Under the pieces are notes generated by a model. That model was not told where the DNA came from. It saw nothing but the letters and a program-made list of their open reading frames with translations, and searched no databases. Source: an uncultured Pseudomonadota bacterium (GTDB taxonomy: Bacteria > UBA10199 > JADFYH01). Taken from it: DNA of 45,535 nucleotides. The stretch is taken from the NCBI GenBank assembly GCA_964470915.1, contig CAYYEM010000003.1:1-45535 (forward strand), read 5' to 3'. Below, in pieces: positions 28,049 to 34,977 of the stretch; position 1 is the first letter of the stretch, and every line of letters starts with the position of its first letter. Both the position numbers and the translations under genes were made by a program.

Positions 28049-29002
28049 ATGAAATTCGACGAAAGTACAGAAAAAGCGATTAAACCTTTTCATTTTTCAG
28101 GAATTAAGAAGTTAAGTCGTCATGATCTTGAAATTGAAAATGCGCTTTTGAATTATTTGCCCTTTTCACTGGAAACAGGTTTGAAAAAGGAGCTCGAAAC
28201 TTTTTTGTCTAAACAATTTAATCAAGAGGCCCAGATCGATCTGGAAAAAATTGAAGAAAGTACTTTAGCTAAATTTGTTTCTTCGGTGCCTCCTATTTCT
28301 TGGGTTGCGGTCTTAGGTATGGAGCCTGTTTCTCATAAGGCTTTTATGTGGTTTGATTCGGTCTTAGCGCATTCATTGGTAGATCGAGTTTTGGGAGGAT
28401 CTGGAGAAACACCCGCTGAAATTAAATCTCCCACTTCGATTGAAGAAGGCGTATTTCAATACCTCATTCTTAAAGTGCTTTCTTTTGTTTTTCAAGTTTC
28501 AGGACCGGCAGAGCCTGTTCATTTTCGTTTGGAGCAAATGATTAAATCTCAAAAAGAGCTGATGAATTTTGGAAACGATGATACTCCCGTGCTTCGCTTA
28601 AGTTTTAAGGTTCAGATAGGCTCTAACATAGGTTTTGTAGTGCTGGTTCTGCCTCATCCTTTAATTGAAGCACGTTTTTTACAGAGAGAGATGATTCATT
28701 CAAAAGAAGGAAGCCCTGAGTTTGAATATACTCAAAATAGATTTTCCAAAATGGGTTACGTTAAAACTCAGATGTGGGCTGAGGTAGCATCAGTTACTCT
28801 TACTTTAGCTGAAAAAAATCAGCTTGAAAAAGATGATGTGATTTTATTTGATCATTCCGCTTGTAGTTTAAGTGCAGGACGATTGCAGGGGAATGTAGTT
28901 TTGAGGATTGGGGAAGGTAGAGAAGGGGGCTTTTTAGCCCAGGTCATTTCTACAGATTCACCTTCGCTAGTCAAAATTCTTGATTATTATGGAGGCGATT
29001 AA
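28049..29002 (+). CDS. sctQ: Cytoplasmic sorting-platform / C-ring protein SctQ (FliM/YscQ family) with C-terminal SpoA domain
   Basis: 317 aa. C-terminal SpoA-like segment MWAEVASVTLTLAEKNQLEKDDVILFDH..VVLRIGEGREGGFLAQV. Its stop overlaps the next start (TAATG). Confidence 0.75.
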   Translation: MKFDESTEKAIKPFHFSGIKKLSRHDLEIENALLNYLPFSLETGLKKELETFLSKQFNQEAQIDLEKIEESTLAKFVSSVPPISWVAVLGMEPVSHKAFMWFDSVLAHSLVDRVLGGSGETPAEIKSPTSIEEGVFQYLILKVLSFVFQVSGPAEPVHFRLEQMIKSQKELMNFGNDDTPVLRLSFKVQIGSNIGFVVLVLPHPLIEARFLQREMIHSKEGSPEFEYTQNRFSKMGYVKTQMWAEVASVTLTLAEKNQLEKDDVILFDHSACSLSAGRLQGNVVLRIGEGREGGFLAQVISTDSPSLVKILDYYGGD

Positions 29003-29409
29003 TGGCTAAACAACCTGATGAGTTTGATATTGCAGATTTTGATGCGGGAGGCGACTCGTTCGAAGTTAATGAGGGGCAAAGTTATGATCCTGCTCCAGGA
29101 GATATGCCACCTCCTAATACCCCCCCCTCTTATTCCGCTCCAGCTTCGAGTACAGGGAAAGCATCGAATATCGATAAAAAAGTAGTGAATTTAACTTCAG
29201 ATATTCCTGTTCAGGTGGTGGCTGTTTTAGGTAAAAAAAATGTCACCGTGAAAGATATTGTTTCGATGAAAATGGGACAAGTCTTGGAGCTGAATAGATT
29301 GCCCAATGAAGCCATCGATTTAGTTGCCAATGGAAAATTGATTGCCAAAGGTGAGTTGGTTGAAATTGAAGGTCGTTTAGGGGTTCGAGTTTTAAAAATA
29401 TTTGATTAA
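29002..29409 (+). CDS. fliN: FliN/SctQ-C (SpoA domain) protein as a separate gene
   Basis: 135 aa. Acidic/Pro-rich N-terminus, then the classic SpoA domain IPVQVVAVLGKKNVTVKDIVSMKMGQVLELNRLPNEAIDLVANGKLIAKGELVEIEGRLGVRVLKIF. Confidence 0.9.
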   Translation: MAKQPDEFDIADFDAGGDSFEVNEGQSYDPAPGDMPPPNTPPSYSAPASSTGKASNIDKKVVNLTSDIPVQVVAVLGKKNVTVKDIVSMKMGQVLELNRLPNEAIDLVANGKLIAKGELVEIEGRLGVRVLKIFD

Positions 29410-29438
29410 TGAACAGCGAATAATAACGGGGTTTTCAA

Positions 29439-29801
29439 TTGCTGAATCTTTTTTTGTTGGCTGAAATAATTCCAGAATCACTTCCTCAAAATTTGGCGGG
29501 ACTTGAAAGTTCGGTCGATTTTACCTGGATGTTTGTGAAAGTGATTTTAGTGTTGGCTTTTGTTTGTCTTATTGCTTTTGCTGTGATTAAATATCTCCTA
29601 CCGAAAGCATCTTTTATTAAGCAAGGGCATGATTCTCAAATTGAATTGGTAGAACGTTTTGCATTAGAGCCTCGAAAAAGTTTATATATTTTAAAAGTAG
29701 GATCTAGATTTTTACTTTTGGGGACAAGTGAAAACACGCTCAGCCCCTTGATGGAGTTGAGCAAGAAAGATCTATCACGTGAAACTTCTCAAGAAAATTA
29801 A
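29439..29801 (+). CDS. FliO-like single-pass membrane protein
   Basis: 120 aa. TM FVKVILVLAFVCLIAFAVIKYLL, then IELVERFALEPRKSLYILKVGSRFLLLGTSENTLSPLMEL, which parallels E. coli FliO ..LGARERVVVVDVEDARLVLGVTAGQINLLHKL. Sits directly upstream of, and overlapping, sctR, as fliO-fliP does. Confidence 0.55.
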   Translation: MLNLFLLAEIIPESLPQNLAGLESSVDFTWMFVKVILVLAFVCLIAFAVIKYLLPKASFIKQGHDSQIELVERFALEPRKSLYILKVGSRFLLLGTSENTLSPLMELSKKDLSRETSQEN

Positions 29802-30567
29802 TAATAAATCAGTTCGCTTTGCTAGTTTGGTTTTTGTTTCTCTCTTGCCGCTTGTTTTGTGGGCAACTGCGGTTTGGGCCCAAGGTAAAAATGAGCAACA
29901 GCTTTCCAAGCCTCTGATTATTCTTTTTGCGCTCTCTATTCTTGCCTTAGTTCCTATTTTGCTCATCATGATGACTTCTTTTATCAAGATTACTGTGGTG
30001 CTTGCCTTGGTGAGAAATGCTTTGGGGACTCAACAGATTCCGCCCAACCAAGTCATTACTGGTTTGGCCATTATTTTGACTATTTATATTATGTCGCCTA
30101 TTGGAATTGAGGTGTATCGGAATGCACAAGGTTTGATCGATCAAACTTCGAGTGAAGGTTTTTTTTCTCAGGCAAGTATTAGTATTGTGATGGAAGGTCT
30201 TAAAAAAGGGGAAGAGCCTATTCGGGGATTTTTGGTTAAGCATGCGAGCGAAAAAGATAGAAGCTTGTTTTACAATTTAGCTAAAAAAATGAGGAAAGCA
30301 GAAGATAGAGATCAAGTGAAAGACAACGATTTTCTAATTTTAATTCCTTCTTTTGTGGTGAGTGAGTTGGCGCGTGCTTTTCAAATAGGTTTTATTATTT
30401 TTCTTCCATTTTTGGTGATCGATATGGTGGTGGCGAATGTGCTCCTTTCTTTGGGAATGTTTCAATTATCCCCTGTCACGGTTTCATTACCCTTTAAATT
30501 GCTTTTGTTCGTATTAGTGGACGGATGGTATTTGATCGCGAAAGGTTTGGTATTAGGATATACTTAA
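29779..30567 (+). CDS. sctR: T3SS export apparatus protein SctR (FliP/YscR family), with N-terminal signal-peptide-like extension
   Basis: 262 aa (start GTG 29779 or a downstream TTG). Signal-like VRFASLVFVSLLPLVLWATAVWAQG. FliP signature ILLIMMTSFIKITVVLALVRNALGTQQIPPNQVITGLAIILTIYIMSP. Confidence 0.9.
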   Translation: MKLLKKINNKSVRFASLVFVSLLPLVLWATAVWAQGKNEQQLSKPLIILFALSILALVPILLIMMTSFIKITVVLALVRNALGTQQIPPNQVITGLAIILTIYIMSPIGIEVYRNAQGLIDQTSSEGFFSQASISIVMEGLKKGEEPIRGFLVKHASEKDRSLFYNLAKKMRKAEDRDQVKDNDFLILIPSFVVSELARAFQIGFIIFLPFLVIDMVVANVLLSLGMFQLSPVTVSLPFKLLLFVLVDGWYLIAKGLVLGYT

Positions 30568-30570
30568 AAA

Positions 30571-30837
30571 ATGGAAAATTATCTTATCTCCATTTCAAAG
30601 CAGGCACTTTACCTCGTTCTCATCCTTTCAGCCCCTTCTGTAGGGATTGCGATGATCGTAGGTTTGATTATTTCTTTAATTCAAGCGACGACACAAATTC
30701 AGGAACAAACTCTAACCTTTGTGCCTAAACTTATTGTAGTCATGGTAGTGTTAGCTTTGACAGGTCCATGGTGCATGGTTCAACTCATTAACTTTACCCA
30801 AAATATTCTCGATCAATTCCCAAGATACATTAAATAA
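30571..30837 (+). CDS. sctS: T3SS export apparatus protein SctS (FliQ/YscS family)
   Basis: 88 aa, two hydrophobic helices. LILSAPSVGIAMIVGLIISLIQATTQIQEQTLTFVPKLIVV is the FliQ family pattern. Confidence 0.9.
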   Translation: MENYLISISKQALYLVLILSAPSVGIAMIVGLIISLIQATTQIQEQTLTFVPKLIVVMVVLALTGPWCMVQLINFTQNILDQFPRYIK

Positions 30838-30849
30838 ACAGGTAAAATT

Positions 30850-31674
30850 GTGGCAGCAAGTCCTCAAAGTTTAGCTCCTTATATCGATCTTGATTTGACC
30901 TTTTCTTTTATTGCGGGAGGTTTAATTGCTACTCGTTTACTGGTAGCGATTAACCTTACTCCTTATATTGGGGGACGTCCTGTTCCTGGTACGGTACGTG
31001 CTGCAACAGCCTTTGCGCTTACTTTATTTATGTATCCTCTGATTGTGCCTGGGATTGATCGAAATGCAGTGCCACGGGAAGCTTTTTTATTGGTAGTGCT
31101 GTTTTTAAAAGAAGCCATGTTTGGTCTATTAATGGGCTTGGTAAACCAGATGATTTTTTATGGAATTCAATCCGCTGGTAACATGATCGATAACCAACGC
31201 TACGTCGCGAATGCACGAATATTTAATCCTGCCTTGGGTGCTCAAGCTTCTATTTTTGGTCTTTTTATGTATCAGCTTGTAATTGCCATTTTTTTATCTA
31301 TCGGGGGTCATCGTCTTTTTTTGAGTGCTTTGATGGAAAGTTTTCAGGCAGTTCCCTTATTGACACTTCCAAGCATGGGGCAGGGGATTACTCCGATGAT
31401 TGATTTAATGCTTAAACTTTCAGCAGATACTCTTATCATTTGTTTACAACTTTCAGCACCAGTTCTCATTGCTATCTTTGTGGCAGATTTAGTTTTAGGG
31501 ATCACGAATCGCATCGCTCCTATGATCAATGTGTTTGAAATGAGCTTCAATATAAAGGGCTTTGTGGGCGTTTTATTGGTCTATTTAGCCCTTCCTCTCA
31601 TGATTTATCAGACCAAGGTATGGTTTCAGCAAATGGTCCATACCTTTCAAAAAATTACCGATTTTTTCCATTAG
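30850..31674 (+). CDS. sctT: T3SS export apparatus protein SctT (FliR/YscT family)
   Basis: 274 aa, polytopic, directly after sctS, with a GTG start. The composition and position are typical of FliR/SctT. Confidence 0.85.
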   Translation: MAASPQSLAPYIDLDLTFSFIAGGLIATRLLVAINLTPYIGGRPVPGTVRAATAFALTLFMYPLIVPGIDRNAVPREAFLLVVLFLKEAMFGLLMGLVNQMIFYGIQSAGNMIDNQRYVANARIFNPALGAQASIFGLFMYQLVIAIFLSIGGHRLFLSALMESFQAVPLLTLPSMGQGITPMIDLMLKLSADTLIICLQLSAPVLIAIFVADLVLGITNRIAPMINVFEMSFNIKGFVGVLLVYLALPLMIYQTKVWFQQMVHTFQKITDFFH

Positions 31675-31758
31675 CTTCCCTTGCGGGATATTGATTTTCA
31701 GATTAAAATAAGAGTGTTTGCCCTGATGTAAAAAAGGGTAAATTTTGAAGCTTTTCAA

Positions 31759-31787
31759 GCAACTTAGCTCTTTTTTGCAACCGATAA
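31759..31787 (+). promoter_or_regulatory. Sigma-28-like promoter motif, copy 4 (upstream of Gly-rich needle-like gene 2)
   Basis: GCAACTTA (31759-31766), N13, ACCGATAA (31780-31787), ending 73 nt before ATG 31861. It shares AACTT-N16-CGAT. Confidence 0.5.
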
Positions 31788-31860
31788 AGATTTTGAAGTG
31801 TCGTTTTAACACTTCTTAAGCTGTGCTAGGGGATGAACGTACTATATCGAAGGAGATAAT

Positions 31861-32889
31861 ATGACCGCTCCAGTTTCAGGTAATAGAAACCGTAATAATC
31901 CAGTGGATAATACTTCTAATCGTCGTTCTCATTCAGGACGTGCGGCAACCCAAGAAGAATCCAGTCAGGTTCAATCGAGACCAGGAAATCGCACAGATTT
32001 AAATTCAGTTCCACGTAATGAAATTCAGCAAGCCATTGCAAATGCACAAATGATGGGTTCGGGTGTTGCTGAAATTTGGGTGAATGGTGAGCTTTTATTT
32101 TTCCCTTTAAATAGTTTACAAGGCTGGGGTTTTCCAACGGAGATGAATCAGCAAATGGCGAGTATGGGAGATGTTGAAATGCCTTATGAAGAAGAATTTA
32201 TGGAAGGTCATCAGCAAGTTTGGGGAGAAGGTGAAGTGCAGGGTGGAATGATGGGTGGAAGTCTCCGTGGCAATATGAACAGTGGCATGGGTGGATCAGT
32301 GAGAATGGGTTTTGGTGGCTACAATCCTTATGGTGGAGACACAGGTTATGGTGGAATGAGTCAAAATCAGTTTATGTGGGATACTATGGTGGGTGGACAA
32401 ATGAGAGAAGAACTGTATGCCCAACGCCAAAATATGCGTCGAGTAGAACATCAGATGAAAGTGAAAATGCGGATTATTATGTTTTTAATCCTGATGGGAG
32501 ATGTAGTGGGTGCGGTTCGCCAGATGGTTTTTGAATCGGAACGACAAAATAGAATGTTTAATCGTTTGCTCGTGAAACAACTCAATAAGGTTAGAGAATC
32601 TAAGTCCAAAGTTTTATTAGCAATGGCTCGCAAGAGTCCTCCAACCGCACATGATAATACTAACAATCCTTCAGGAGCTGCGAGAGATCAAAATAGGCAA
32701 GCAAAATATACTCAATGGGTTTCTGTAACGACCCAGTTGATGAGTGAATTGCAAAACACAGAACGTCAATTGACCGATTTGCTTTCAGAAGGTCGCCGCA
32801 ATATCAACGAAATGTGGGAAGCTTATTCAGGATTAAAAGAATCTGAAGCTCGAACAACACGTACGGTGATTCAAAGCTTTAGAGCTTAA
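31861..32889 (+). CDS. Gly/Met-rich protein with needle-subunit-like C-terminus, paralogue 2
   Basis: 342 aa, RBS AAGGAG. Polar N-terminus. Gly/Met-rich core containing GGMMGGSLRGNM. Hydrophobic stretch MRIIMFLILMGDVVGAV. Helical C-terminal region ending ..EARTTRTVIQSFRA. Confidence 0.65.
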   Translation: MTAPVSGNRNRNNPVDNTSNRRSHSGRAATQEESSQVQSRPGNRTDLNSVPRNEIQQAIANAQMMGSGVAEIWVNGELLFFPLNSLQGWGFPTEMNQQMASMGDVEMPYEEEFMEGHQQVWGEGEVQGGMMGGSLRGNMNSGMGGSVRMGFGGYNPYGGDTGYGGMSQNQFMWDTMVGGQMREELYAQRQNMRRVEHQMKVKMRIIMFLILMGDVVGAVRQMVFESERQNRMFNRLLVKQLNKVRESKSKVLLAMARKSPPTAHDNTNNPSGAARDQNRQAKYTQWVSVTTQLMSELQNTERQLTDLLSEGRRNINEMWEAYSGLKESEARTTRTVIQSFRA

Positions 32890-32907
32890 TGAATGGGATG
32901 AGTTTTT

Positions 32908-32944
32908 AAAAGGCGGCATTCTCAAAAAGAGGCCGCCTTTTTTA
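32908..32944 (+). terminator. Rho-independent terminator after needle-like gene 2
   Basis: AAAAGGCGGC .. 14-nt loop .. GCCGCCTTTT, with stem GGCGGC (32912-32917) / GCCGCC (32932-32937), followed by a T run (32938-32943). Confidence 0.7.
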
Positions 32945-33001
32945 TGGATGTTCTTTGATAGATATAGATGTCTCTCCGTAGGAGATCCGATGAAAAAGGT
33001 T

Positions 33002-33019
33002 GCGGCTATTATTCTGCAA
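33002..33019 (+). promoter_or_regulatory. Candidate sigma-54 (-24/-12) promoter upstream of TPR chaperone 2 and needle-like gene 3
   Basis: gcGGCtattattcTGCAa, with GG at 33004-33005 and GC at 33016-33017 (GG-N10-GC spacing) and a TGCA -12 element. This is only a partial match to TGGCAC-N5-TTGCW. Confidence 0.3.
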
Positions 33020-33064
33020 TGATAGCATAAGATCTCTATATTATTGAAGAAAATGGAGGTTTTG

Positions 33065-33694
33065 ATGCCTAGCGATGATTCCTTTGATCCAGAAGCGGGT
33101 TTAAGCCCAGCAGAGCTTGAAAAAGAGCGTCTTCAGGAAGAAAAGGAAAAAAATGAAAACCCGGAGCTTTGGCAGAAGAATAATGAGTGGCTTGCCAAAT
33201 TTTCGGAAGCGCTAGATAAAATCAAACCTGAAGAGGCTGAAAAAGCAGTTCATTTAGTCGAACGCTTTATTGAAGGCGAGATTACTTGGGCAGAACTTCA
33301 AGCACTTCCTCCCGCCTTACTTTTTCAAATGGCAGAATATGGTTATCTTCAATTTCAACGTGGAAAATTTTCGGAAGCGGAAACCATTTTTAAAGGCCTG
33401 TCGGTTTTGGATCACAAACGAGCTTATTACCATACAGTGCTAGGAGCAATTTATCAACGTATGGATAAACTAGGAGATGCTCTCGCAGAGTATACAGTCG
33501 CTATAGAAATGGATCCAAAGAATATTGCTTCTTATGTGAATCGGGGAGAAATTTATTATCGCTGTGGTTACATTGATGAGCCGATAGAGGATTTTGAAAA
33601 AGCGATTGCTTTAGATCCTCAAGGAAAAGATCCTTGGGCCAATCGGGCGCGGTTTTTAAAAAATCTCGTCTTGCAGGAATCGCAAAGTAGTTAG
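33065..33694 (+). CDS. TPR chaperone, LcrH/SycD (class II) family-like, copy 2, with acidic N-terminal extension
   Basis: The ORF track starts at TTG 33044, but ATG 33065 lies 5 nt after GGAGG (33055-33059). ELQALPPALLFQMAEYGYLQFQRGKFSEAETIFKGLSVLDHKRAYYHTVLGAIYQRMDKLGDALAEYTVAIEMDP parallels LcrH/SycD ..LYALAFNQYQSGKWDDAQKIFQALCMLDHYDARYFLGLGACRQSLGLYEQALQSY. Confidence 0.8.
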   Translation: MPSDDSFDPEAGLSPAELEKERLQEEKEKNENPELWQKNNEWLAKFSEALDKIKPEEAEKAVHLVERFIEGEITWAELQALPPALLFQMAEYGYLQFQRGKFSEAETIFKGLSVLDHKRAYYHTVLGAIYQRMDKLGDALAEYTVAIEMDPKNIASYVNRGEIYYRCGYIDEPIEDFEKAIALDPQGKDPWANRARFLKNLVLQESQSS

Positions 33695-33705
33695 GGAGTT
33701 TTTTT

Positions 33706-34878
33706 ATGGCAGGTCCTGTTAATTCAAATATGTCGAGTATTAATCCACAAATTCGTGGAGCAGGAGAAACTGCAGGTCAACTTAAAATTGACCAGAAGTT
33801 ATTGGAAAAAGTTTTAGCCAAGCAAGGCTTAAGTTCCCCTGAACAACTTGCAAAACTTTTAGGACCAGAAGTTTTAAGCTATTTTCGTGCCATTAGCGAA
33901 TCGCTCAGCAACTTGTGTAGTCGTATGCAAGAAGCTGAAGTAAAATCTCTTCCTGCACAACAGAATGAGCCTAAACTTGCAGAGTTTAGCATGCGCGATA
34001 CTTCTAAAGGAGCTCTTTACCAAGAGCGGTTACCTGAAAATTTTTTAACCATAGAAAAACTTAATTTGGCTGCCAAGACAGGTTTGTTAACCCAACCTCA
34101 GGCTGAAGCTTTGAAACAACTTTTCGGACTTTCTCAAGAAGTGAAAATGATGCATCGGGAAGAAGTTCCTATGCCTCAGGGAGGGCATCCCGCAGAACAA
34201 GAAAGAGAGAGAGGCGGGCAGCAGCAACAACAGCAAAGGCAGCAACAATCCGAAGATGAATCTTGGGCTGATTTTTCAACAAATCCTACAGGCGGTCCTC
34301 AGTCTGGCCAAGTGCCAAGCTATCCGGTGGAGGACGGCGCGCCTATTGGAGGAGGTTCTTTACGTTCAGGTATGAGAATGGGAATTGGCGGAGGGGCAAG
34401 ACAAAACATGGATGCACCCCCACCACCGCCACCTCCAGGATCATCTAACAGGTCTGCTTCACAAGGTCGATCTCCCACTGGCCAAGCGCCTAATATGACG
34501 GGCATGGAACAATCTTATTTGAATTCTAACTTTACGCCAGATGGGCCCTATTATGGCATGTTTGAAAGTTTATTTGGCTCCGAAAATTGGTATCGAAATT
34601 TGGCAGGTAATGCGCTTTCGAATATTCAAAAAATTCGTGAAGCCAAGCAGAGAATTCTTGCTGAGCTGGCAGGTTTAGATCCTTCAAAACCTGGAGATGC
34701 AAAAAAACTTTATATTTTGCAGCAAAAATTGGGTGATATGCAGCAGAGTGAAAGACAATGGTTAGATAATATTTCCACTGCTCAAAAAGCCAATAATGAA
34801 CGGAAGGAATATATAAAGTCTATTTTAGATATATTCTTCCAAACTAACAGTGCTATTATCCGAAACCTTAGACAGTAA
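33706..34878 (+). CDS. Gly/Pro/Gln-rich protein with needle-subunit-like C-terminal hairpin, paralogue 3
   Basis: 390 aa, RBS GGGAG. Poly-Q (QQQQQQRQQQ). GGGSLRSGMRMGIGGG followed by PPPPPPPG. The C-terminal region LDPSKPGDAKKLYILQQKLGDMQQ...ILDIFFQTNSAIIRNLRQ parallels the MxiH/PrgI turn and C-terminal helix (..KNPSNPQLLAEYQSKLSEY...DAAIIQNFR). Confidence 0.7.
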   Translation: MAGPVNSNMSSINPQIRGAGETAGQLKIDQKLLEKVLAKQGLSSPEQLAKLLGPEVLSYFRAISESLSNLCSRMQEAEVKSLPAQQNEPKLAEFSMRDTSKGALYQERLPENFLTIEKLNLAAKTGLLTQPQAEALKQLFGLSQEVKMMHREEVPMPQGGHPAEQERERGGQQQQQQRQQQSEDESWADFSTNPTGGPQSGQVPSYPVEDGAPIGGGSLRSGMRMGIGGGARQNMDAPPPPPPPGSSNRSASQGRSPTGQAPNMTGMEQSYLNSNFTPDGPYYGMFESLFGSENWYRNLAGNALSNIQKIREAKQRILAELAGLDPSKPGDAKKLYILQQKLGDMQQSERQWLDNISTAQKANNERKEYIKSILDIFFQTNSAIIRNLRQ

Positions 34879-34977
34879 AATTTGCATGAGTGATGAAGTG
34901 ACGATTTGCTTTCATGCCTATTTAGATAATTTAGTAATTGTTTGATTTTATAATTTGTTTCTTAGAAAATTAATAAC

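Noticed and set aside
29120-29127. C8 homopolymer inside the FliN-like gene, considered as a phase-variation tract
   Set aside because: It encodes Pro codons (PPNTPPS). Comparable G7 runs occur in the housekeeping genes recN (1995-2001) and pmbA (4517-4523). There is no evidence of slippage from a single sequence.
11652-31674. Interpretation of the cluster as an ordinary flagellar export locus
   Set aside because: The ring protein is a 300-aa lipoprotein of SctJ type rather than FliF. LcrH/SycD-type chaperones and needle-like substrates are present, and no rod, hook, filament or Mot genes occur in 24 kb. This is not fully excluded without the rest of the genome.
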